Shown piece by piece: positions 30,983 to 39,936 of a stretch of DNA of 64,000 bases. The stretch's first letter is position 1. Every line of letters begins with the position of its first letter. Under the pieces are notes generated by a model, which made no database searches, was not told the DNA's origin, and saw only the letters and a program-made list of their open reading frames with translations. A program made the position numbers and the translations under genes. The DNA comes from Thermoplasmatales archaeon (GTDB lineage Archaea; Thermoplasmatota; Thermoplasmata; Methanomassiliicoccales; Methanomethylophilaceae): positions 70,048-134,047 of the forward strand of contig JAAYZC010000002.1 in assembly GCA_012515075.1 (NCBI GenBank), written 5' to 3'.

Positions 30983-31995
30983 ACCTCGTAAAGTATGTTC
31001 TCCGGTTCCAGGAGTACGCCGGAGCCCCTGCGGACGCGTCCAACTATCCGGGCGTTGCCGTGCTCCGAAGCAATGGTCTCCGCTTCCTCCTCGGGCGCTA
31101 CTATCATGAAACCCATGCTCATGTTGAGAGTCTGGTACATCTCCCTGTCGGATATTCCGCCTAGCTCCTGTATCTTTCCGAACACCGGTGCCGGACGGAG
31201 AGGGTCATCTATCACGTACTGAAGGCCCCCCTTCATGCGAAGAAGGTTCCTGAGGCCTCCTCCGGTGATGTCGACGAGTCCGTGCACCTCGTGCTCGGAG
31301 GTTATTCCCAGAACCTGTTTGACATATATCTCGGTGGGTGTAAGAAGTTCTAGGCCCACAGCCTTGGAAAGTCCCGGAACAGTCTCCCTTAGGCCGATGC
31401 CGGCCGATTCGAACACCTTCCTGGCGAGGGTAAGGCCGTTGGAATGTATGCCCGAGGATTCAAGGGCAACTATGGCATCCCCTTCCCGGCAGGTCTCCCC
31501 GGATATCATCCGGTCCTTCCTGACGAATCCGAGGCAGGTCCCCGACAGGTCCACCCCGTTGACCATCTCGGGAAGCACCGCTATCTCTCCTCCCACGATC
31601 TCCATGTTAGAGAGTTCGGCGCCCTTCTCCAGGCCCACGCCTATCTTCTCCGTGACGGACTCGTCGGGTCTGTCTATCGCTATGTAATCCACGAAGGACA
31701 TCGGTTCCGAGTTGACGCATATGGTGTCGTTCACGTTCATTGCCACGCAGTCTATCCCAACCGTGTCCCAGATGCCCATCTCCTCCGCTACCAGGAGCTT
31801 GGTCCCGACCCCGTCCGTCGCCAGAGTTAGATAGTTCTCTCCGAAGTCAATCAGGCTGGCGAAGAGGCCCTTCCTGCGGACCATCTGCCCCATGCCGGTC
31901 CTCTGGTATCTCAATTCCTTGACCAGGGACTCTATGGCGCTGGATTTCTGATCTATGTTCACGCCGGCACGGGCATAGGTCCATCCTTCCTTCAT
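30976..31995 (-). CDS. purM: Phosphoribosylformylglycinamidine cyclo-ligase
   Basis: TYARAGV, TDGVGTK, AMNVND, GGE.A, SSGIHSNG, ITGGG. Confidence 0.96.
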   Translation of the reverse strand: MKEGWTYARAGVNIDQKSSAIESLVKELRYQRTGMGQMVRRKGLFASLIDFGENYLTLATDGVGTKLLVAEEMGIWDTVGIDCVAMNVNDTICVNSEPMSFVDYIAIDRPDESVTEKIGVGLEKGAELSNMEIVGGEIAVLPEMVNGVDLSGTCLGFVRKDRMISGETCREGDAIVALESSGIHSNGLTLARKVFESAGIGLRETVPGLSKAVGLELLTPTEIYVKQVLGITSEHEVHGLVDITGGGLRNLLRMKGGLQYVIDDPLRPAPVFGKIQELGGISDREMYQTLNMSMGFMIVAPEEEAETIASEHGNARIVGRVRRGSGVLLEPENILYEVY

Positions 31996-32085
31996 CTTAA
32001 GCCTCGGTCGGTAATGATGTTTCTCTCTTATAATTTGTGATGAACGCGCAAACCATGTTAAACCCCGAAGGACATAGAGGCCCTA

Positions 32086-32769
32086 ATGCGTGAACGCTGG
32101 CTCGAGGAGAGGCATCATGAGCATTACTACAAGCTCGCGAAGAAGCTGGATTACAGGTCCAGGGCATCATTCAAACTGATGCAGATAGACGACCGTTTCA
32201 AAATATTCCGGGAGGGCGATTCCGTGGTCGATCTGGGCGCCTGCCCCGGAGGATGGCTGCAGGTGGCCAAGGAAAGGGTCGGCGACGGGGGCCGCGTAGT
32301 CGGTATAGACCTTCGCAGAATAAGGCCCATGGACGGAGTGGTAACCATAGTCGGCGACATAACCGAGGACAGCACCCTCATCAAGCTGACGGAGGTCTTC
32401 GAGGGGAAGGCGGACGTGGTGCTTTCTGACATGGCCCCGAACATGGCCGGCCACTATTCCATGGATCACGCAAGGTCGATAGACCTGTGCATGTATGCAG
32501 TGGACGTATGCGACCGCGCCCTGAAGAAGGAAGGGAAGCTGGTTATGAAGGCCTTCATGGGGGACATGTTCGAGGATATGCTCAAGGAGGTCCGCACCAG
32601 GTTCAGATCCGTGAAGGTGCACTCCCCGGCCGCGTCCAGGGAGGCCTCCTCGGAGATGTACGTGATATGCAAAGGCTTCCTTGCCAACAGGAACGTCAGG
32701 CTGGTGCGGGAAGAGCCGGCCGCCGATGCCGCTGGGACGGAGTTCACGATAAAGGGGAATCTGATATGA
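32086..32769 (+). CDS. rlmE: 23S rRNA Um2552 methyltransferase RlmE/RrmJ
   Basis: YRSRASFKL, DLGACPGGW, SDMAP, K, SSEMY (K-D-K-E tetrad). Confidence 0.95.
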   Translation: MRERWLEERHHEHYYKLAKKLDYRSRASFKLMQIDDRFKIFREGDSVVDLGACPGGWLQVAKERVGDGGRVVGIDLRRIRPMDGVVTIVGDITEDSTLIKLTEVFEGKADVVLSDMAPNMAGHYSMDHARSIDLCMYAVDVCDRALKKEGKLVMKAFMGDMFEDMLKEVRTRFRSVKVHSPAASREASSEMYVICKGFLANRNVRLVREEPAADAAGTEFTIKGNLI

Positions 32770-33392
32770 GACCAAGACCGGGAAAGATAATCAGCATAGG
32801 TTGGAACTACCGTTCCCACCTCACGGAGACGGAGGCTCAGCTGCCCTCGGAGCCCGTAGTCTTCTTCAAGGCACCCAGCTGCCTGATAGGCGACGGGGAG
32901 GAGATAAGGATACCCAAAGGGATGGCCAACGTGCAGCACGAGGTGGAGCTGGCACTGATATTCGGGAAGACCGGCAAGGATATCCACGAATCGGAGGCCC
33001 TTTCGTACATATCCAAGGTCGCCGTATTCAACGACATAACTGCCAGGGACCTTCAGGACCAGGCGAGGAAGGAGGGTAACCCCTGGGCCGTATCCAAGAG
33101 CATAGACACCTTCGGACCGATATCCAAACCCGTGCCCATACGCAAACTGGAGAACATACAGGACCTTCGCATGGAACTCACCGTCAACGGTAAGGTAAGA
33201 CAGACCGGCCGCACCTCTCTTATGGTGTTCACAATCCCTAAGCTGGTCTCCTACGTCTCTAAGTTCATGACGATAGAGAAGGGCGATATAATGATAACCG
33301 GAACCCCGGAAGGAGTCAGCGAGATAGTGCCGGGAGACGTGGTGTGCGCCAAGATAGACGGCGTGGGGTCCGTAACAAACAGAGTGGTTTAA
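32766..33392 (+). CDS. Fumarylacetoacetate hydrolase family protein
   Basis: KIISIGWNY, HEVEL, NDITARD, KSIDTF, TGTPEG. ATG at 32766 overlaps the rlmE stop. Confidence 0.92.
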   Translation: MRPRPGKIISIGWNYRSHLTETEAQLPSEPVVFFKAPSCLIGDGEEIRIPKGMANVQHEVELALIFGKTGKDIHESEALSYISKVAVFNDITARDLQDQARKEGNPWAVSKSIDTFGPISKPVPIRKLENIQDLRMELTVNGKVRQTGRTSLMVFTIPKLVSYVSKFMTIEKGDIMITGTPEGVSEIVPGDVVCAKIDGVGSVTNRVV

Positions 33393-36139
33393 TCCCAGAA
33401 CCGCTTGTTCTTGGCGTACAGTATCTCGGCGCTGAGTATGTCCCGGAGGAAATCGTCCTCGTCGACATGCACGCTGCGGAGGATCCGCGATGCGGCCTCT
33501 GGGCCGACCCCCCTGCCAGCCAGCGCCATTGCGGCCCGGGTGCCCCCATGCTCGTTGACAAGGTTGGCTATGCGGGATATCCTCAGGGCGTCCTTCTTCT
33601 CCTGGGCAGTCAGCCCCTCTTTCTTGCTAAGCACCTTCATGCTCTCCCTGTCGTATTCCTTGAGCACCGCGACCATGTTGCCTCCGCACCTCTGGCAGAC
33701 GAAACGCCTCGGAGCATCTCCGACACGGAACCTCCATTGGCTCTTGCAGTTAAGACAGGAAGCGAAGAGAACCTCCTCGCTGAGTCTCTTCTTGAGGGCC
33801 ATTAGTATGGAGTGGTCGGCGCGCACCGGCTGCATGAGCTCCTTGGACCTTACTATGCCCTCCAGCCCTATCGGGGAGATCCCCCCGACCCTGAGCTCTA
33901 TGGCGCCTGAGGAAAGTTCCGAGACGACCTTCTCGGTATTAGCTATATCCAGATCCTCCCAGAGAACCTTGTTCACGGCCTCGTTGTATGCGGGGGTGTC
34001 CCTGTGCGCTTCGAAAAGACGAGAGAAGTTTATGAAACGGTGGTCCGCCTCCTTCTCTATTATGCCGAACTTCTTGGCGACGTACACGAACCTCCATTTA
34101 AGATACGTGGAGTTCAGAACGGTGATCCTGGCCAGAGCCTCTACGGTCCCCGGTTTTATCGATTTGAAGGTGTCGGTAAGCACGTCCCTGCCGATGTTCC
34201 TGGGGAGTTCTAGTATTATGCGGTAGGGGTCGGTGGAGACCCCCACGCTCTCGCCAAGACGGGCGGTCAGCAGTGCCGAATAGATCTTGCTGAGGGTCTC
34301 GTTAACCCTGGTTCCGAAACAGCAGTTCACTATCGCCAGCCTGTCGCCCACCTCCAGCGTTACCAATCTGTCCGTGGGGACGGGAAAACGATCCCTCTGC
34401 TCCTCCACCGTCGATATTACGCATTCGCGGGAGGGGGCGTCCCCGGGGTATTCCGAAAGATCCAGGGTCCTCCGGAGCCGGCCGACCTCCATGGCGACAT
34501 CGAAGGGGACGGGTATGTCCGATCCCGTCCAGGACGGGACGGCCCCCATGTCTCTGACCTCCTCAACCAGGATCTCGTCGTCTCTCATCTCCACGATACG
34601 CCAGGTGCGCCCCTTGGCTATGAACATGGCGTAGGGTTCTGCGAAGGTCGCCACGAAGCTCTCGTCCAGAGTGCCTATGACTGCACGGGTGCTTATGTCC
34701 CTGATCATGTAGGTGCGCTCGTCGGGTATCATGGAGATGTTGCCGTAGAAATAGTTCATGCCCTTCCTGGATCTCCTGAAACCCTCATCATCCTCGAATA
34801 TCATCTTGATGGATTTCAGCTGATCAAGAACCGCGTCCATCTCCTCGCGGGCGAGGTCCTTGAAAGGATAGGACTTTGTGAACACACGGTAAGCGGTATC
34901 CCTGTCCACACGCTGGCTCATGGTCATCGCCACCAGCTGGTTAGCGACGACGGACAGAGGGCAGGGCCTTCCAGCCGAATCCTCCAGCTCCTTGGCATCG
35001 GCCTTCCTGGCAATCACCAAGGCCTCGGCGACCTCGTCGGGCGCGGTCGCCAACACGATTGCCCTTATGGTCTCGCCGACACGGTGTCCGGCGCGCCCCG
35101 CTCTCTGTATCATGCGGGCCACCTGCCTGGGCGAGTTGTACTGTATGACCAGGTCGGTTCTGCCCATGTCTATACCGAGTTCCAATGAGGATGTGCACAC
35201 GAGGGCCTTGGTCTCGCCGCGTTTGAAGCTGTCCTCCATCTCCATCCTGTTCTCCTTGGACAGGGAACCGTGATGGACATCGATGGAGAAGCCCTCGTCC
35301 CACACGCGGTATCTGGCGGCTATCCATTCGGCGGTCTCTCTGGTGTTCACGAACAGCAGCGTCGAGTCCCCCTGTTCTATCAACTCCCTGGCCCTCTTCA
35401 TGACCGCCACTATGTCGGGATCACCCTGCAGACGTTCCTGCAGCTCGGAGTCGTCTTCGGAAGGCAGCGGGCGCTCGACCCTTATGTCGAAATCGCGGTG
35501 GGTGTCGTGGTTGGATATGACGCACTCCCTTCCGACGCCCATAAGAAAGTCGGCCACCCTCTGTACGCTGCCGACGGTCGCAGAGAGGCCGATGCGTTGA
35601 TATTCCCCGGCCTTTAGCGTGAGCCTCTCCAAGGCGACCGCCAGCTGTGCGCCCCTCTCGGTCGTAGCCAGCTCGTGTATCTCATCCACCACGACCCATT
35701 CGACGTTCTTCAGGTGCTGCGACAGCCTCTTCCCGGTGAACATGACCTGGAGTGTCTCAGGAGTGGTTATCAGTATCTCGGGGGGATCCTGGGACTGTTT
35801 GGACCTCTCTGCGGCAGAGGTGTCTCCGTGCCGGACGCTCACCTTGATGCCCATTCCCTTGCCGTAGTCCTCCATTCTCTTCAGCATGTCGCGGTTCAGG
35901 GCCCGCAGCGGGGTCACGTATACGCACCTTATCCCCTTCTTCCCGGGAGTCTTGGCTATCGCATCCAGTATCGGCAGTATGGCCGCCTCCGTCTTCCCTA
36001 TGCCCGTGGGAGCCACCAGGAGAAGGTGACTGCCGGAGGCGATGATGGGCATGGCGGCCTCTTGGGGACCGGTGGGCTCGCGTATGCCTCTCTCTGCAAG
36101 AAGGGCCGCAAGCTTCGGGGAGAGCGTGTCGAAGGGCAT
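33389..36139 (-). CDS. lhr: Second Lhr-family helicase, with a C-terminal Cys-rich (Zn-finger) motif
   Basis: APTGIGKT, TPLRAL, DEIH, GLSAT, QRAGRAGH, SMIP; CLNC...CQRC; C-terminal RFWD. Confidence 0.92.
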   Translation of the reverse strand: MPFDTLSPKLAALLAERGIREPTGPQEAAMPIIASGSHLLLVAPTGIGKTEAAILPILDAIAKTPGKKGIRCVYVTPLRALNRDMLKRMEDYGKGMGIKVSVRHGDTSAAERSKQSQDPPEILITTPETLQVMFTGKRLSQHLKNVEWVVVDEIHELATTERGAQLAVALERLTLKAGEYQRIGLSATVGSVQRVADFLMGVGRECVISNHDTHRDFDIRVERPLPSEDDSELQERLQGDPDIVAVMKRARELIEQGDSTLLFVNTRETAEWIAARYRVWDEGFSIDVHHGSLSKENRMEMEDSFKRGETKALVCTSSLELGIDMGRTDLVIQYNSPRQVARMIQRAGRAGHRVGETIRAIVLATAPDEVAEALVIARKADAKELEDSAGRPCPLSVVANQLVAMTMSQRVDRDTAYRVFTKSYPFKDLAREEMDAVLDQLKSIKMIFEDDEGFRRSRKGMNYFYGNISMIPDERTYMIRDISTRAVIGTLDESFVATFAEPYAMFIAKGRTWRIVEMRDDEILVEEVRDMGAVPSWTGSDIPVPFDVAMEVGRLRRTLDLSEYPGDAPSRECVISTVEEQRDRFPVPTDRLVTLEVGDRLAIVNCCFGTRVNETLSKIYSALLTARLGESVGVSTDPYRIILELPRNIGRDVLTDTFKSIKPGTVEALARITVLNSTYLKWRFVYVAKKFGIIEKEADHRFINFSRLFEAHRDTPAYNEAVNKVLWEDLDIANTEKVVSELSSGAIELRVGGISPIGLEGIVRSKELMQPVRADHSILMALKKRLSEEVLFASCLNCKSQWRFRVGDAPRRFVCQRCGGNMVAVLKEYDRESMKVLSKKEGLTAQEKKDALRISRIANLVNEHGGTRAAMALAGRGVGPEAASRILRSVHVDEDDFLRDILSAEILYAKNKRFWD

Positions 36140-36153
36140 CGCACAGACTCGCG

Positions 36154-36188
36154 TTTGAAAAAAGAAGGAGCCGGGGGGCCCCGGCTCC
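36154..36188 (-). terminator. GC hairpin plus U-tract terminator of the hdrD-like gene
   Basis: Minus strand GGAGCCGGGG...CCGGCTCC stem followed by TTCTTTTTT. Confidence 0.75.
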
Positions 36189-36197
36189 GGAACCTTC

Positions 36198-37868
36198 TCA
36201 CATCCTCTTCTTGGCAGCCTTCTTGAGGTTGCGGAGGTTCTCTTTCACGGCCGCACGGATCTGCACAGCCTGCTCCTCTCCGTCGGTTATGTCGGACTCC
36301 TTGAACTTCAGGAGCATCCAGCCTTCGTTCTCCAGTTCGGCGTCGTGGGCGGTGTCCGGCTCGTCCTTGTAGACGCAGACGGCCACTTTGCTCTTCACGA
36401 AGGCTATTTCTATGTTGAAGGGCCCGTAGTTCTTGCGGCACCTGAGGCCTTTGTTCCAGGCGGCCCTCCTGAGCAGGGTCTCGGGTCCCTCGTCGAACTC
36501 GATGGGCTCGAAATCCATCTCTTCTGGGTCCTCTTCCAGGATAATCTCCTCGGAAAGCGCCGGAGTGTCGGCGACCTGGTCGGAAGCCCTGTCTGCAGGA
36601 GTCTCGGGCTTCCTCTCCTCCGCTGGGGCGGTCTTCGGCTCCTCTCGCGCCTTGGCCGGCTCCGCAGCCGCTTTCTTCTCCTCGACAGGCTTTGGCTCCG
36701 CTGGGGCGGTGACCTGCAGGAGGAGCTGGGAGATGTCCATTACCTTGATATTGGACCCTATCTTCTTGGCCCCGGCGGTCAGATTCAGGACGCAGAACGG
36801 ACAGGAGGTTATCAGAACCTCCGCACCCACCTCTTCGGCGTCGCGTATCCTCTCCGCAGCCACGTTGACGGCGAAGTCGTTGAATTGGCTCTTATAGCCG
36901 CCTCCGGCCCCGCAGCATCTGGAGTTCATGCCGTGGCGGTACATCTCAACGAACTCCATCCCCTTTATCTTCTTCAGGATGTTGCGGGGCTCCTCGAACA
37001 CGCCTGCGTGCCTTCCGAGGTGGCAGGGGTCGTGGTAGGTCACCTTGGCTTTGAATTCATGGTTCAGGGGCAGCTTCCTCTGTGATATCAGCCTGTCAAC
37101 GTACTGGGTGAAATGGTAGACGTTCTGTCCGGGTTTCGCGAAGAAGTTGCCGAAATCGTGGGACACGGTCTTGTAGCATCCGGAGCAGGTCATAACCATG
37201 TCCTTGGCTCCCATGGCGTCGGCCTTGTTCACAACCGCCTCTGCAGAGGGAGCTGTGTGTCTGAGGGTGCCGGTCCTTATGGCCGGGGACGTGCAGCAGT
37301 ACTCCTCCTCTCCGAGGCAGTTCATCCTGACGCCCGCGCGATCCAGGACCCGCACTCCCGCCTGGGCGATGCCCTGCATCCTGTAGGATCCAGTGCATCC
37401 GGCGAAGAATATGACGTCGGGAACGGAGCACCTCTCCACTTCCGCGGGCCACCAGGCGTCCCTTTTGGTAGGGGACTCCCCGTAGGGATTGCGGTTCTCG
37501 CCAATGCTCTCGGCCAGCTTCTTGTGGGCGCTGAGAGGGGCGACACCCTCTGCGACGAGCCAGGCCCGGATCTTCTCCCAGAACTCCACGAGGTGTATGT
37601 TGGCGTGGCAAACGGCCTCGCAGTTGCCGCACCCGGTGCACTTGTAGATGGCGTCGACGAACTCGGGGCTCACGGAGACATCCCTCCCAAGCAGCTTGTC
37701 CATGGCCCCCGCCCCTCTCTTGTCGAGCTGCGTCAGGTAATAGATCTTGCCTCTCGGCGTTACGGACTCCCAAGGGGTCTGGTCATGCGCCTCGCAAACA
37801 TCGATACAGTACCCACACTGGACGCAGGCGGTCATCTCCCTTTGGATACGCGGCATTTTGTCGAACAT
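36198..37868 (-). CDS. HdrD-like Fe-S oxidoreductase (2x[4Fe-4S] plus two CCG domains) with a C-terminal Vsr/DUF559-like domain
   Basis: CVQCGYCIDVC, CTGCGNCEAVC, FAGC, YCC, CSGC, HDPCHL, CCGAGG, CPFC, then a P/A/E/K-rich linker and an extra domain. GAGGT RBS before ATG at 37868. Confidence 0.85.
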   Translation of the reverse strand: MFDKMPRIQREMTACVQCGYCIDVCEAHDQTPWESVTPRGKIYYLTQLDKRGAGAMDKLLGRDVSVSPEFVDAIYKCTGCGNCEAVCHANIHLVEFWEKIRAWLVAEGVAPLSAHKKLAESIGENRNPYGESPTKRDAWWPAEVERCSVPDVIFFAGCTGSYRMQGIAQAGVRVLDRAGVRMNCLGEEEYCCTSPAIRTGTLRHTAPSAEAVVNKADAMGAKDMVMTCSGCYKTVSHDFGNFFAKPGQNVYHFTQYVDRLISQRKLPLNHEFKAKVTYHDPCHLGRHAGVFEEPRNILKKIKGMEFVEMYRHGMNSRCCGAGGGYKSQFNDFAVNVAAERIRDAEEVGAEVLITSCPFCVLNLTAGAKKIGSNIKVMDISQLLLQVTAPAEPKPVEEKKAAAEPAKAREEPKTAPAEERKPETPADRASDQVADTPALSEEIILEEDPEEMDFEPIEFDEGPETLLRRAAWNKGLRCRKNYGPFNIEIAFVKSKVAVCVYKDEPDTAHDAELENEGWMLLKFKESDITDGEEQAVQIRAAVKENLRNLKKAAKKRM

Positions 37869-37979
37869 AAGTTTACCTCTGCAATAGCGGAGACCACCAA
37901 TCACAATGGGGTCCTTTCCTTTAAGTGAGGGGAGATGGTAGCACAATATTTAGGTTTTCGGTTCAGGAATGTGCCATGC

Positions 37980-38531
37980 TCAACGATCGGAGGTTTGGTC
38001 TCCGTAGAACTTCTTGGAATACCCCTCTATGGCACTGTTTATGATCGATGCAACTTCTTCGTGCCCTATGATCTCGTCGACCGCGGTGCTCTTCCCCTCC
38101 AGCGTTTTGTAGACGGTGAAGAAGTGAGCCATCTCATCGAACACGTGCCTGGGCAGGTCCTTTATGTCCCTGTATCCGTTGAAGGTGGGGTCGTCGAAAG
38201 GTATCGCTATGACCTTCTCGTCGTTTGCACCCCCGTCGATCATCTTTATGGCGCCGATCGGGTAGCAGCGCACCAGGGTCATCGGGATTATCGGCTCCGA
38301 GCACAGGACCAGGGCGTCCAGCGGATCCCGGTCATCGGCGTACGTCCTCGGTATGAATCCGTAGCTGGCCGGATAATGGGTGGAGGTGTACAGTATGCGG
38401 TCCAGTTTGAGTAATCCCGTGTCCTTGTCCAGCTCATATTTGTTCTTGCTGCCCTTCTCTATCTCTATGACGACTACGAAGTCTTCAGCGGTAACCCTTC
38501 CGGGGTCTATGTCATGCCATATGTTTGTCAT
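37980..38531 (-). CDS. ppa: Inorganic pyrophosphatase (family I)
   Basis: KNKYE, DRIL, YGFIPRT, DDRDPLD, DEK, FF..YK.LE. Confidence 0.96.
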   Translation of the reverse strand: MTNIWHDIDPGRVTAEDFVVVIEIEKGSKNKYELDKDTGLLKLDRILYTSTHYPASYGFIPRTYADDRDPLDALVLCSEPIIPMTLVRCYPIGAIKMIDGGANDEKVIAIPFDDPTFNGYRDIKDLPRHVFDEMAHFFTVYKTLEGKSTAVDEIIGHEEVASIINSAIEGYSKKFYGDQTSDR

Positions 38532-38540
38532 GTGAACACC

Positions 38541-38915
38541 TCATGCGAGCGCCAGAGCCAGCGCCCTTCCAGCGAATCCCGCGCCAAGGCACACCGCCGT
38601 GTTGAGCGCGATGTTCGTCAGCGCTAACCCTACCCTCCCAGCCTCATATAGGTTTATCGTTTCTAGCGAGAATGTGGACATGGTTGTGAACGCCCCGAAC
38701 ACGCCGATGAGCAGGAAGCCCTTGATCTCCGGGTTCATGGCACCCAGCGAGAAGTAGACCAGGGAGATCAGGAAGCAACCGGCGAAGTTTACGATGAAGG
38801 TGTTGAGGGGGAAATCACCCGGTCCTGAGACTACGGTGCCCACCAAGACCCTCATCAGGGCGCCGACGGCGCCGCCGAGGGCCACAGACAGAAGGAATAC
38901 GGCCTGTCCTGTCAC
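38541..38915 (-). CDS. crcB: Fluoride exporter CrcB/FluC
   Basis: GGAVGALMR, FP..TF.VNFAGCF, GVFGAFTTMSTFSLE. Confidence 0.95.
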   Translation of the reverse strand: MTGQAVFLLSVALGGAVGALMRVLVGTVVSGPGDFPLNTFIVNFAGCFLISLVYFSLGAMNPEIKGFLLIGVFGAFTTMSTFSLETINLYEAGRVGLALTNIALNTAVCLGAGFAGRALALALA

Positions 38916-39114
38916 AATCTCACCGGGACAGCGTACGATTCCGGCGCACGGCCGGTATGAAGATTGTCAACGGTGTCCCTCCCCCCGCATCCCGGAGTGT
39001 GGGCTCTGGAAGTCAACCCCTCCTCAGATATGCGACTCATCGGGCGCCAATCCTGGATTCATGGACAGAGTTTTCCATTATGCCGGGCAGACGCCGCCGT
39101 CGCCAGTGTCCGGA

Positions 39115-39228
39115 TCAGGACGCGCCGTATAGGAGGAACGCGGCAATCATCACTACGAAGACCGCGGCGGCCATGGCGGCGGCGATCTTCTGGTTCTTCG
39201 TTGGCATGGGTATGTCGGGCATGTTCAT
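39115..39228 (-). CDS. Putative 37-aa single-TM protein, absent from the ORF track
   Basis: MNMPDIPMPTKNQKIAAAMAAAVFVVMIAAFLLYGAS*. GGTG RBS upstream. Confidence 0.5.
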   Translation of the reverse strand: MNMPDIPMPTKNQKIAAAMAAAVFVVMIAAFLLYGAS

Positions 39229-39355
39229 CTGTTGCACCAGCCTTTGCTCGGATGAGAATGGACGAGGGATATAGAAATGTTGCGCCCACCGGAACCCAGC
39301 CCGAAAGGTTCAGAAGCACGGATCCCCGGAGGATGCTGGCAGGGACAGATGGATA

Positions 39356-39432
39356 TGGTGGGCCTGGCCGGATTTGAACCGACGACCGTCCGGTTATGAG
39401 CCGGACGCTCCACCAGCCTAAGCTACAGGCCC
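39356..39432 (-). tRNA. tRNA with CAU anticodon, most likely tRNA-Ile2 (agmatidine-modified, reads AUA)
   Basis: GGGCCTG/CAGGCCC acceptor is Ile-like (not the A1-U72 of the initiator); TCCGG-CTCATAA-CCGGA anticodon arm; encoded CCA. Confidence 0.9.
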
Positions 39433-39445
39433 TTTTGGATGATCG

Positions 39446-39521
39446 TGGCGCCGTCGCACGGGCTCGAACCGTGGACCTTGTGATTAACAGTCACACGCTC
39501 TACCAACTGAGCTACGACGGC
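39446..39521 (-). tRNA. tRNA-Asn(GUU)
   Basis: GCCGTCG/CGACGGC acceptor, TGTGA-CTGTTAA-TCACA anticodon arm, encoded CCA; 13 nt upstream of the CAU tRNA. Confidence 0.96.
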
Positions 39522-39560
39522 AGGTGCCGATTCAGCGAAAGTAAGTCGAATATTAAAGTG

Positions 39561-39875
39561 TTACGTATGGGGGATGCCCGTTTTCACGTCCTCTATCCTG
39601 CTGATCAGACCGTCCAGACGGGATTCCAGCCCGTCCATGAACTCCCGGTACTTATCCGAGACCACAGCACCGTCTGGTGTAGCCACTATGAGGCCGTCCT
39701 TCTCGAGAAGCCTCAGGGAGTACCTGACCTTGTGTTTGGGTATGCTCAGGGCCTCGGAGAGCCGGGTTATGCCTATGGGCTGGTTGTCCTTGGTGAATTT
39801 CAGCATATTTATGTGACGCTCTATGAGATCCACCTCCTCGTACGCCCCGCTAAGGACACCTTCTTCGCCGTTCAT
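39561..39875 (-). CDS. Winged-helix protein (predicted archaeal transcriptional regulator)
   Basis: ERHI.ML...QPIGI.RLS......HKVRYSLR.LE..GLI..TPDGA. Confidence 0.8.
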   Translation of the reverse strand: MNGEEGVLSGAYEEVDLIERHINMLKFTKDNQPIGITRLSEALSIPKHKVRYSLRLLEKDGLIVATPDGAVVSDKYREFMDGLESRLDGLISRIEDVKTGIPHT

Positions 39876-39936
39876 CCTATCGGGGGGCAATCGATATGAT
39901 ACGTATATCAAAGATACACTCACATCGATGGGCATC

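Noticed and set aside
38916..39114. Fluoride riboswitch, or a 42-codon uORF ending on the crcB start
   Set aside because: No GGCGAUG...GCUGAUG-type motif seen; the uORF has no recognisable coding signal.
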